Part shown: one piece after another, positions 24,294 through 35,792 of the stretch | Layout of the letters: each line of letters begins with the position of its first letter | Numbering within the stretch: the first letter of the stretch is position 1 | Source: Chara braunii | Taxonomy: Eukaryota; Plantae; Charophyceae | Direction of reading: 5' to 3' | NCBI GenBank assembly: GCA_003427395.1 | Contig: BFEA01000012.1 | Location: forward strand, 1,996,089-2,046,830 | Length of the DNA: 50,742 bases | Program-made: the position numbers and the translations under genes | Notes under the pieces: generated by a model | Seen by the model: only the letters and a program-made list of their open reading frames with translations | Databases searched by the model: none | What the model was told of the DNA's origin: nothing

Positions 24294-24354
24294 GCCAGAC
24301 TGTCGAGGTTCAGCCTCCTGATGAGTCGGTGAGAGTCCGACGAAACAGTCTGGC
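24294..24354 (+). ncRNA. Type III hammerhead ribozyme, intact
   Basis: The motif is GCCAGACUGU-C | GAGG UUCAG CCUC | CUGAUGA | GUCGG UGAGAGU CCGAC | GAA ACAGUCUGGC. It has a 10-bp stem III, a GUC cleavage triplet (cut after 24304), a 4-bp stem I, a 5-bp stem II and all core nucleotides. Confidence 0.95.
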
Positions 24355-24949
24355 CCAGTCTTCCGCCCCGTCAATAGTAGCAGCCCGTTCGTCAAAACGA
24401 ACGGGCGCTCGAGTGATATCACAAACAAAAAAAAAAAAAACAAATCTAAAGAATCTAAAAGGAAAAAATAAAACTAAAGAAAATCTCAAATAAATCTTAA
24501 AGAAGAAAAACCTAAAGAAAATATAAAAGAAGAAAAAAAGCAAAAAAAAGAAAAAAAAAACCCTTACCTCATCGTTGAAACGGTTTCCCGTTTTTTTTTT
24601 TTTTTTTTTTTTTTTGAACTTGTCGAAATATGTTCCAAAGTGAGAGTTTGAGGCCGGGGACCTCACAAATCAACCCGGAGTTATCCCGGCAGCATCAGCC
24701 GGTTTGGCTTACAGTGGCCAGACTAAACAACTAACCTATATTAAAAGCACAACCAAGATGATGATGACCGATGATATCTGGCTGTGTAAAGCACTAACCT
24801 GGTAGAAAATCACTCCTCATTGTTCTTTAGATTATCTCAACCTGTTCAAGTTGTCCACTAGTATTATACTACCATAGGGCCACTGCCCCTATACTTAACT
24901 AGACTAGCCTAGCCTCTAAGCCCACATAGGCAGCTGACTAATCTGCTCT

Positions 24950-27900
24950 GACTTGCTGCTTGAAGATGATGTTGTTTCTGTCCTCCCAGATGATGACGGA
25001 GCGGATAGCTTGTGCCACATATCCCCTCCCTTTCCGCTTGAACCATGTGGGAGGGATAATGCCATGCATTGCCCACGCTTCATCCCAGGCTAATAGGGTT
25101 CCCACAAACTGGTGTCAGTGCCTCTCCCACCACTGCCAAACTCTCCTGGAGGCTGGGCATTCCCAGAAGAGATGGACCAAGGTTTCCTCTTGGGTACCAG
25201 TGCCCTCATCAGAAAGATAAAGACATGGATCCGAACCCTGATCAGAGTTGACTGGATCCGCAAAGCAGCCAGGGGACGCAATCCCAGAGGTCGGCACTGG
25301 TTTTTGGTTACTTGGGCCCGCGATAACCAGCTGGCAGCTATTACCTTGACAGGGAAGATGGTTATCACCCCCTGGCTCGGCCTCTAAGCCTCTGCCGATC
25401 TCTGCTATGCCCGTGGGAGAGACTAGTTACTAGCTGCAGTTGCGTGAACCAGGGCACTCAGTTCAAGTAGACAGCCGCAGTAGGCTATTTGGGACAGGGG
25501 GAGTAGGAGAGTGTCCATGATTTAGATACGAAGTATGTGATGACTCATCGCCTACACTTCGTTTCCAGCTCCATACCTCTTTCGAACAGCCATTCAGCAC
25601 ATGGGATGGCGGAGTGTGAGAGAATCCAAAGGACCCCTACCAACTTCCGTGATGGTAGCTCTGGTAGCTGGATCCACAGGTTCTGCAAGGCCTGACCAGT
25701 CATAGGTTGACAGTTTGGAGTACGTCTGCTGAGCGTGGCAGCAGCAATTGAGGGGACTTCGTTGGGTTTATGAAGGAGCCTTCTGCCCATGGCTGAAGTG
25801 TATTGGTTGAGAAATTTCTGCTCCCCAGTATGCGTTCTCCACGACTAGGCCAGAGGATTCTCTAGTGGCTGGCCATTTACAAGGAGGTCACAAACAATCA
25901 TTCCCTGCTTTGTGTAGCGGTGCACTCAGATCTGTTTAAGCTTCTGTTGACAATCCAGAGTGACGTCTCCCTGTAGCAAGAGATTGGGAGAGGGGGTTGG
26001 CGCTGATTGTGGGGCCCATGCTTGGGCTAGCCATGTGTCGTCATCCAAGTCCTGAGTTATATAGTAGACCGTTGTCGGGTCAGCAGCCTGCTCGTTACAG
26101 TACCATTTCCCCACTGTCGGTTTGGAGACCTGCAGCTCGTGCACCCACTCCGATGGTATAGCGGCTCTGATTTGCTGACTCCTTGTACAAACATGTTGTA
26201 GTCTGCCCAATTTGTTTCTGAGTTGTTGCTCTCTGAGCCAATTCTTGTCTTCCTCACTCCAAAGGTCCGAAAGTCTCGTTACTGCCCGCTCTACCCATCT
26301 GCGCCCAAAGTTGCCCCCTGCTGCCGTGGTTGTGAACGGCCAACCTTGTGAGTCGCAGATTAGGGGGTTATCGAAGATGCCTTGCCTCATGATTTTCTCT
26401 TTGGTGATCGGTGCTGATTGTTCTTGCGGGAGCAGAGCTCGCCATGCTGACCAGCACGCGCGGACAACCGGTGACCGGGGCTGGCGGCGGATAAATGAAG
26501 TCATGAAGAGGCAGGTCTAGATGTCTTCTCTTCTGTTGAGCGAAAATTCCTACTGTAGCAAATCTTCCAAAACCTTGAGCCAGCCCCTGCGTTCCGCTTG
26601 AGTGGCAGCTCTCGATAACCATTTGGCAAGCAGGGCTAGATTTTGCCGACCGGGGTCAATGATGGCTAGGCCGCCCTGCTGATTCTTTTTTGTCACCTTT
26701 GACCAGGCACACTTTGTAATGTGGCCCTGCCCTTCGATTGCTGCAGGCTTCCACAGGTAACGAGCTGCGACGTAGGCTAGCTTTGATTAGGAGAGTGCGA
26801 CCCATCAAGGATGTGCCTACCGTTGTGCGGCAGCGACGTAGGCTAGCTTGGATCTTAGCCTGAAGGATTGTCTGTTGGGTCTCACTAGCGTTAGACCTGT
26901 ACGCCCAGGTAGCGCTCCGAGATATCCAAGGGGATACGTTTCATTCCCCAGTCTTGGTCTGCCAAGCTGTATTCGGCAGGGAGGAAGTAAACTGATTTGC
27001 TCCAGTTCACCTGTGCTTCAGATATTGTGCAATATGCATCGATCAGCGTCTTAGCTTCGTCCATAGAGTCTGGTGTTGCTTCCATTACCAGCAGCAGATC
27101 GTCCGCTATGGCTTCTGTCAGCAGCGTGTCTGAATCACCCAAGGTCAGACCCTTGATGCGCGGGGAGGCTCGAAAGGCGTTTAGGAAGATCTCCATCTGC
27201 ACAGCGAACAGCAAAGAGGCCAACGGGCAGCCCTGACGCAGTGAACGCGTTAATGAAAACGTTGGAGATAGAAAGTCATTGACATTGACGGATGTTGTTG
27301 CATCGCTGTAGAATTCCTTAACCAAGGTGCAGAAATGCGGACCAAAGCCAGGTGCTCCAACGTGGCCAGCACAAACGACCAGTTAACGCGGTCGTAGGCC
27401 TTCTCCAGATCGAGCATTGCAGCCATGACTTATCTTTTCTCCCGCTGTATCACCTCTTGTGCTCCCACTGCCATCAAGATGTTCTCGGCAATCGATCTCC
27501 CTTGAATGAAAGCACCCTGGTCCGGACCAGGGTGGGGAGAAAGGGGGTCAATCTTCTGGCCAAAAGTTTGGCCAGAATTTTGTATGAGACGTTGAGTCTC
27601 GAGATTGGCCTCCAGTTTCGTACGTTAGACTTATCTCCCTTTTTGTAGATGAGAGTGATAATACCGAGCTTCATGTCTTCCATAAGTGTGACGCCTTCTG
27701 GGACTTCGTTATATAGGTTCAGGAGGTCTGGCTCAATGTGTTTCCATGCCTCTTCGTAAAATTCTACAGGCAATCCACCCGAGCCCGGGCTTTTACCCCG
27801 CGCCATGGACTTAACCGCCTGCAGAATCTCTTCCGTTGTGATAGGCTGCTCAAGGGTGGTCACGGCTTCTTGGTTGAGGCGGGCGTGTGTATGCTGCCAC

Positions 27901-29240
27901 AGGTCTTGCTCTTCACGCAGTTGCTGTAGCGAGATGTCGGGCTGACGTCGGGAGGTTAAAATGTCGCTGAAGTAGGCCAATGCGTATTCTCCAATTGCTG
28001 CCGAGTCAGTTGCTGGTGGTGCCTCGACATGGAACAGATGTTGGAGTTCCCTCATCAACGAGTGCTGTCTCGGGGGGCAAAGACGTTGGAAGGTGTCCTT
28101 CGTAAGACGGTCCGTAGTCAGAATGCCTTTCTCCTGGGCTCTCTTGGCCCAGATTATTTGCTGTTCGACCTGAAGCTCTTCCAGCTTGTGCAGCCATCTG
28201 TCTCGTCTGTGCTGCCAATAGAGCTCGGCCAGCGGACTGTTAGCTAGCTCCTCCTCTGCCTCCTCAACCATTTTCCTGCATTCTTCCTCTTGGTGTCTTC
28301 TACCCCTTGCCTGGATTCTGGAAAAGACATCCAGGGCACGAGTAACCACTTGCAATCCTGTATGCAACCACCCCCCTTTAGTGCCAAACTGGTGCTTGGT
28401 CTGTTGCCAATCCTGCCAATGATTTGCAATCCATTCTGTGACTCCCGGCCTGTTTAACAGGTCAGTGTTCAGACGGAAGGTACCCGGGCCTCTTACCAGT
28501 TGGCCCGCCATGGTGAAGCAGGCTACTAGTGGTCTGTGGTCTAATAGGAACTCGATTGGGCAGGTCACCGCGGTCAAGGAGTCCCAAGGGGAGCCCCTGG
28601 CCAACAACAGATCCAACCTCCTTTTCGGTGGAATGCCGTCACCCGAAGTCTGCGACGAGAACCAGGTATAGCCTAGCACCATCGGGTGAGTTGTACGATA
28701 TGTGTCTGTCAGATCCCGATCAGCTAGAAAGGCTGCAAGCATTAGGGCGTCGGCCTTAGGAGGTGTAAAGGTGGGTGAGTTGAGGCCAGGGACCAGAGTT
28801 ACGTTAAAGTCGCCCGCAAGGATGAGGTTGTCCTCCCTTGGAACGATGGCTGGTAGTTCTTCAAGAAAGGAGCGTCTCTCTGTTCTCTCCGTTGGCGCAT
28901 AAACAGTCATGAGGGTCCAGGTCTCGGATCCTAGTCGCATCCGCGCCCATATCCATCTCCCCCAGATGTCCAAGTCGTGGTCCAAAATCTCTGCTTCCAG
29001 GTTCCGGTGTATGAGAACTGCGCAGCCGCCCCTTGTATCGTCAGCAGGTGCCCAAAATTGGGGCCCCCTCCACCAACCTTCGATATGTCGAATCTTCTCC
29101 TCGTTTAGCTTAGTCTCCTCCAAAAAAAAAACTTGAATCTTCAGGTCATGCATCCAGGTCTTTAATCTGGGTCGTTTTTGCTTGTCCGTCGTATCGCCTT
29201 GCCCCCGGATGTTCCTGGTGGCAACTTTAAAGTCCGACAT
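24950..29240 (-). pseudogene. LINE ORF2 (APE endonuclease + reverse transcriptase + zinc-binding C-terminus), frameshifted
   Basis: 27474-29240 contains RNIRG, LEETK, VYAP, LAGDFN, DHRP, GKSPG..G and NWRPIS. 26891-27325 contains SLRQGCPL, IADD and RYLG. 25115-25297 contains EETLVHLFWECP. Confidence 0.93.
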
Positions 29241-32001
29241 GGATTGCTGCAGGGGCGGCTTGGGATTGGATCCACTGTTCTTCTTCTGAAGGCTGCTGCC
29301 TTGTCGGCCATGGATCTTCTGGAATTTTCAGAGTCCGCAGAGTTGCCCCAAGGTGCTGTGAGGAGCGTTCGGAAGGCTGCCGAGTGAGGTTGCTTGTCAA
29401 CTGCCAGTGTGGTACAGAAATCAGCCACTAATCTTGCGTTTACGTCCTCTGTAAGAAAGGTGTCATGGAGTTCCTCGATTGCATTAGATGCCAGCCAGCT
29501 CGATGGGAGTCAGACGACGCCTTGAGTGGCCAGAAGTGCTGTTGTTTCCAACGAAATCTTCACGTCCAAGGCTGCAATGGAGAAGTGTCAGCTGCCCCCT
29601 GCAGCCGCTGCTGTTGTCTTTCTCCCGATGCGGATGCCCGGGACCAGCCTGAACAGGAAGCGTTCAACGATGAAGGTGGAAGCTACCGCCTTGATTGCCT
29701 CTTTGGTCGTTGGCGATTGGCTCACAGCGACTGTCGGTATGGCCAGGACTCCCTTCTCCGTACGCCTCGCCATGAATTTCGTCCCCTGTGGCGAGAGCAT
29801 GAAGCAGAGCAACACAAGTTGATGTCTGATCAGGCTTGGCTGCGATCTGCTGCTTGATGGCTGCGCCGCCAGGGGAAGGGGCGCCAGCGGTCCCCTGGGA
29901 AGTGTGTTTGCAGGTGGAGGGGTTGAGGTTGGTATTGTAATAAACTCCAACTCTTCCTCTTCCTCCTCCTGCGTAGCCTGTCCATCACCTTCGGTGTTGA
30001 TCCTCCGTTGCTTGACTTGAGTCCGGAGAGATTGCCTTGGGTTCCTCATCGCTGTGTCTTCACTGATATGTCCGAAGAGGCTTGTGTCTTCTTGCTGTGC
30101 CGAAGGGGCGCCAGCGGTCCCCTGGGAAGTGTGTTTGCAGGTGGAGGGGTTGAGGTTGGTATTGTAATAAACTCCAGGTCTTCCTCTTCCTCCTCCTGCG
30201 TAGCCTGTCCATCACCTTCGGTGTTGATCCTCCGTTGCTTGACTGGAGTCCGGAGAGATTGCCTTGGGTTCCTCATCGCTGTGTCTTCACTGATATGTCC
30301 GAACTGGCCTGTGTCTTCTTGCTGTGCCGGTTGAAGCCCTAGGGCTGCCTGAACTGCGTCCGTGTTGGTGTGGTCTGAGTGGGAAGGGTATGACTCGTAT
30401 GGGTGCAGGTAAGTGGGGTTATCATAGAGGGTGACGTTGTGGTGGATGGGGGCTGAGGGGGAGTTTGCTGTGGAGCGTGGCACTACTGTCTGTTGGGGCG
30501 CACAGGTCCCAAGGGGGGGCACAGGTGCAGTTGATTGGTGAATAGTCGGAACAGGACCAGAGTGCGAAGTGTACAGTGGGATGATGGGCTGGGACGTGGT
30601 TGTGTGCAGTGGTACTTCCAGTTGCAGTGGAGGAGGGCGGGGGGGGGGCGAGCTAGGGAAATCAGCGGAGGGGATCTGAGAAAGGTCGAGCCTTGGTTAA
30701 GAGGTTGTGGGTTATCTGACGGGGCTGATGTGAGAGGTAACATCGGTCGTGTTGGGAAGAAGCCACTCAAAAGAGTGCTGAAGGACGGTGCTGCTAGGGA
30801 GAGGCCTTGGGCGTGAGGGGGATGACAGGGAGCGAATGAGACAAATGTCTGCTGTGGTGCAGTCCATGGGTTCATTGGTCCGGAGTAGGTTGGTATAGAC
30901 AGGACCCGAGGGGGGGGGGGCGGGAGCTGGGGAAAGGGAGAGGGCCTGGGTTGCGCCGGGGGGGATGGCATGTGTATGGTGGGGCGGCCAGTCTCTGATC
31001 ATGAGAGGTCGATGCTGCTGTGGGGGATGGCTGGTGGGGACTGTTGCTGTAGTAGTGGTGGCCCGGCGGGCCTGTGGCGGAAAGCCTTGTCCCCCAGACT
31101 GTCTGCTTCCCCGACCTCTACCACGTGTTCGCCGCCCTGGAGGCACGGGTTCAGCGAAGCGTGGACAGTCGGGGTCAAACTCATCATGGTACCACCAAAG
31201 ACACTTCTGACAAAAGGGACTGTTTTGATTAGCAAACTGGATTTTCATGATTTGGCCTGTCGGCCTTCTCAAGGCAATCCATTCCATGAAAGTGTCGGCT
31301 ACTACTGGGTCACAGTCCTTAACATTACCTAGCCTTGGCTCGTCCTCTCGTCTGTCCGGGGGGTGCATGTGTATGATTGGTCCCATCAATATTTGGACAA
31401 CATTTCGAAGGGAGAACATGGCCCCCAGAGGGACACGAAGAGCTATGATCCTGAATCTGGCTGCAGATTCGGCGTCCCGCAATTGGTCTAGTTCGTGCTG
31501 TGTCATCCATGGCCGGAATGTGACCCTGACTGGACCATCGCATGACGGGATCGCATCTTCTCTTTTGTTGATCATCATTTGGGCGATTTGTCGTGTGCGT
31601 GCAACGTAAGACATCACGTTAGGGCCCTCTCCATGAGTGCGGCCCCTCTTCTGCGATGGATTGACTCTAGGGTCGTGAAACCACGCATCCTTGTATATCC
31701 GTATGAACTGCTCGCGTTGGGCTATGGAAAAATTGGCTGCTCGCGAGTCGAAGATTACGATTACAGTGCGCTCCTTTAACCAGGCCACAGTCGCGTCGTC
31801 AACCTCTGAGCTTAGGTTGAGGTACCCTATTCCGTCAACAATTTCGACCTCTCCGTGATTAAAAGGTGTATCGGGGAATAGTCCGTCGTCGAAGCAACCG
31901 TCCAGGAGTGCCTGTATTCGTGAGTGATCCTCTACAGAAGTCTGGGAGGGGCCTGGTTGATGTTGACCCGGGTGTGTGGCCGCTGAAGGAGAGGGTTCCA
32001 T
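29240..32001 (-). pseudogene. LINE ORF1 (gag-like, zinc knuckle, Pro-rich), frameshifted
   Basis: The 429-aa ORF at 30712-32001 contains CQKCLWWYHDEFDPDC and is followed by broken Pro-rich ORFs that run up to the ORF2 start. Confidence 0.75.
29875..30328. repeat. 227-bp near-identical tandem duplication inside LINE ORF1
   Basis: 29875-30101 and 30102-30328 differ by only a few substitutions. Confidence 0.95.
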
Positions 32002-33517
32002 GATGTGGTATTGCGTTGACTAAGGATCAAGACTGTGGGCTTCAGACGAGCGGACTAGCCAGAAAAGGAGAGGGCGGTCAAAATGAGTGACGTTGTCAAA
32101 CCGAGAGGGATCTGTGGGTGATGTGATGGGTTCTCTTTAAGGCTTGTAACTGGCAGTGCCTGTTGCAGACGACTGACGGGTGGGGGCGAAAGAAATAGGG
32201 TGGGTACAGAAAGGGTGGGGGAGGGGTGGAGAGGCGAAGAGAGGAATGACAAAAGTGAGGGGGGATGGAGGGATCGGTGTTAGTTCAAAAGGTGTTGAGA
32301 GAGAAGAGAGGGGGGTTGTGCAGGTGGGATGCGAAGGGGTGTGAATGGGGCTGGGAAGGGGAGCTGCAAAGAGGGTCGAAAAAGGGTAAGTCGGGATCGC
32401 AACACTGAGTGAGTGGGAGGGGGGTCACGGGGAAGGTGGCGGTCGTGGGAACAGTATCGGTCGTAGGCGGGGGGTCTGGGGCGGGTGAGATGTCTGATCG
32501 ATTAAGGTGGATTGGCAGGTAAGGGGATATGTGGACATTGTGGAGAAGAGGGGGTTGATGGGTTAGCGAAGATGGGGAGAGGGGGGGGGGAGATGAAAGA
32601 TCGAGAAACGTTGGTTTGTCGGAGGGAAAGTCAGGAATTGGGTGGGGGAATGGGGGTGAGGGCCTGGGGAACAGGAGTGCGCCGAGAGGGGAAGAAGGGA
32701 AGGTTGGGATAAGGTGGGAGCATCCAGGGGGGGTTAGAAGGTGAGGAGGATAGGTAGGGGTGAGGGGGTGGGTCGCGGTGTGGCGAAGGGGTCAAAACAA
32801 AGGTATGGAGTTCAAGGGTGTACCTACTTGGGGCAAGGTAGGGCAGACCGTAAGGGGGAGCGGCTGAGAGGTGTGGATGGAATGTGCTAGGTGAATCAGG
32901 ACTCACCAGGCTGTGGGATACGAACTTGAATAGGTTTGCCCGTCAGGGCTTCTTCGGCAAAATTCTGCTGAGTGTCTGTGTTGTGTAGGTGAATTGCTGC
33001 TGGACCGCTTCAGACTCGTCCGGGACAGGGCGCTAGCGCCTGTCCTATTCCACATAGTACGTATGAGTTGATGTCAGGCTATGAAACAAATTGGCTCATC
33101 GCTCGCCTCCATGCCTCACCTGCGTCGGTGCAATGCCGGGTTGACCAGGCTATGGCGTCCGGTAAGGTGGTGGACGATGTTCACATCTCCCGGTCTCGTA
33201 CCGGGGTGGTGACCGATGAGACCGGCCCTCCAAAGCCGGTAACGCAACTACGGAGCGCTCTGCGCCGGTAGCGCGTCCCCTACTTTTTCCCCAATCCGCA
33301 TCCTTGCTCCCAAAATTTAGGCAGCAGCCTCAGTCGCCCGTTTTTCAGGGCGTTGTCAGGCGCACTGGGGCTGAAACGCCCCAGTCACTTCCAAGAGCGC
33401 CAAGTGGCGCTTCAGTTATAGTTTAGTTTTTTTTTTTCTTTTTCTCGTCGGCTACAGCCAACGACACATCAGGTCTCGGGGCTTTCCAGCCACGAGCAAC
33501 CATCCCCCCAAGGGCAT

Positions 33518-33671
33518 GGTTCCACTAGCAAAGAGGATCGGATCGAATGCCTGAATCTGGACGATGCTACGGAGATGTGCAGGAAATCGAGATTGAACTA
33601 CTTTTCTGCATCTCTGTTTAAAGCACATCCAGATTCAAGAGTTCGATCCTATCCTTTTTGCTAGTGGGACC
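33518..33671. mobile_element. 154-bp foldback MITE-like element, copy 1
   Basis: The arms are GGTTCCACTAGCAAAGAGGATCGGATCGAATGCCTGAATCTGGA and TCCAGATTCAAGAGTTCGATCCTATCCTTTTTGCTAGTGGGACC. A homologue lies at 40818. Confidence 0.85.
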
Positions 33672-33679
33672 TCAACCCT

Positions 33680-34575
33680 GAGGAACCCTCGTTCTTTTCC
33701 CTTTTTTTCTTTTTTTTTTTTTCAGAAAAAAAGTTACAATAAAGAAAAATTTGAATCATTTCTCGATTTATGCGTGTCATCCTTACACAGGGGTCATGCT
33801 ACCTCGCGTGACCGATCGCAGCCGTGCGATCCTGATGATCGCGCGGCCGAAATCGGCCGTGCCCGACTGGGCTGCTCCCAAAAGGAGATTCGCCAAGTAG
33901 GCCGGCATATGGGGTTCGATCCCGGTATCAGCCAGGTGAGGGTCCTATGCAATAACCTACTAGGCTAGCTCCTATCACGATATTGATAGGAACAACTCTT
34001 CTATATGAAGAGCTCTCCCAGTCAATTTTTTCCCCATGCCACGGCCTTGCAGGCTCGGCCTGCCTCAGGCCCAGCCTACCTGCGGCCCTGCAGGCCTCGC
34101 CAGCTTGTGGCCCTACATGCTTGGCTGACCGCGTGGCCTCGACATCGGCCTATCAACCCCCTAGCTCGGTGTCAACCCCCGCGGCCCGGGAAATAAGACC
34201 CTTCTTCCTATTCCCTCTGCGTCGTCCGGCACACTCCTCTTTTTAGCGTACCTAGGCCCTGAATCGCGCGGCTTAGCAGTCGTGCGACATTATTTTAGAT
34301 AGACTAGGTCTGGCTCTAATCTTTCCATGACCGCACACCACTGCGGCCTCGTCGAGAACCGCGGACGACAGTGCCAACTCCTGCTGTCCCGAACGAACGT
34401 CGATGACATCACACATCAGCGACGTCAACTTTAGGTTTCTCAGTTATAGGGTTGGTCTGAATAACTTTGGCAACGTCAATCTCATCATGTTTCTTAAATC
34501 CAGCGAAAAGAGTCGAACAGCGTCTAACCTTGAAAAACTCGGGCAGAAACCCTCACAGGGGTTTCTATCCCGACA
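33680..34575 (-). mobile_element. Non-coding element copy 2, 5' portion
   Basis: Inverted homology to 7393-8350, including conserved hairpins and the TGTCGGG terminus. Confidence 0.75.
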
Positions 34576-35463
34576 ACGGAACCCCCCGCAGATAAGGGTC
34601 ATCGAGTACCACGACAAGAGAGGAGTTTTCGAATCTGCAANGTNGGTGGGGGATGCCCCTTTGTGCACCCTCCCTATAGACCCTAGAGTGTGGCGCTGAA
34701 GCAGGGGCAAGGCCACTCCAGCCTCCCCCCAAGGCTTGGATTTGGTCTCCTATTCAGTTAAGGAATCATGCAGAATCGCAGACACAAGGGTCACAACTCC
34801 CGCTAGCGTCACCATTACTAGGTGGAGTGTGGTTTTACTAACAGATCTCCAAGACTCTGCTGCAGATTTTAAGAAGCTGTGGGGCGTGTTGGCGGATTTA
34901 CCAGACGTGAAACAAGTTAGCATCCTTTGGATGCTCTCTATGCTAGTCACTCCCTCGGCGGTCTGGCTGAGTGGCCGAGGGATAAAAATCTCACTGGGAT
35001 GCTCTCGATGCACCTGGCCTTTTGAATCAATGAAGCGCCTATGGTGGACGGCCCGACATCGAAGAGTACATGAAATTTGAGAGCGGACCATTGAACACAA
35101 ATGGGGGGAGAGGATGTGGATTGGAATGCGCATTGGGTTTTGCTAGGTTTCGTTGGAGACGGAGAAGACAAGTAAATGAGGTTGGTCGTATATCGCCCAT
35201 GTGGCCAGGGCTGTGATCTGCTCAGTCATACGGGCAGATAGAAACCACTCCCGGTTTGAGGGTCGCCAATATGCATATGTTCAGATTAATGTGGCGATAA
35301 AAAAAGGTTTGAGGAGAGCAACTTGGGCAGATGGTGTAGAAGGGCGAAATGTGGTAAGACTCCCAAATAGGCCCTCTGGTGGTTTTTTAAGATGTGGGCA
35401 AGAGGCAATCGCCTGGCTCGGGTCCATCCAGAGAAAGGTTTGATAGTGACTAAATAGCTTTAG

Positions 35464-35647
35464 GGTTGAGGGGAGGTAGACATTGAGGCAAGAACCAGGG
35501 TATCTCAGTTCAAGTTCGGACCTCAGGAGATCACTAAAGGAAAGTGGGTGACTAAATTGGCTTCAGGTTGAGGGGAGGTAGACATTGAGGCAAAAACCAG
35601 GGTATCTCGAGTTCGGACCGCAGGAGATCACTAAAGGGAGGTGGGTG
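35464..35647. repeat. ~100-bp tandem duplication
   Basis: GGTTGAGGGGAGGTAGACATTGAGGCAA.AACCAGGGTATCTC..AGTTCGGACC.CAGGAGATCACTAAAGG occurs twice. Confidence 0.9.
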
Positions 35648-35792
35648 TGATAGTGTCATGGAGACTAGGAACAATAGTTCCAGCCGACCGTCTAAGGCCA
35701 GTTTCAGGCTGTGTAGTCATGTGTATTGTGAAGAGATGAGAGATAGGTTAGGAGTGGTAGGTGTGGCATAAATTAGAGCTAGTAAGGGGGAA

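Larger units (their letters stand above)
20880..24590 (-). mobile_element. Non-coding element copy 2, 3' portion (interrupted by the LINE at 24591)
   Basis: Inverted colinear homology to about 8420-12770. Confidence 0.75.
24591..33500 (-). mobile_element. Near full-length degenerate L1/Tx1-like LINE (ORF1 + ORF2 + poly(A)); 5' boundary approximate
   Basis: The poly(A) tail appears as the T run at 24591-24615. ORF2 has EN, RT and a C-terminal Cys/His motif (CRRC..EETLVHLFWECP). ORF1 has a zinc knuckle, and the 5' region is C-rich. Confidence 0.92.

Noticed and set aside
24640-24725. Twister-like appearance of the LINE 3' UTR hairpins
   Set aside because: The conserved UAA and AAGC pseudoknot elements are absent.
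33210-33250. CCGATGAG-hairpin-GCAA near the LINE 5' end as a possible ribozyme
   Set aside because: It has two core mismatches and no supporting stems. No HDV-like fold could be built by eye.
33810-33860. CTGATGA...GAAA hammerhead-like string
   Set aside because: Stem I and stem II do not pair in register, and the homologous position in copy 1 (~8105-8150) lacks the core.
34620-35450. ORF fragments possibly from a retroelement
   Set aside because: No recognisable motif, so left unannotated.
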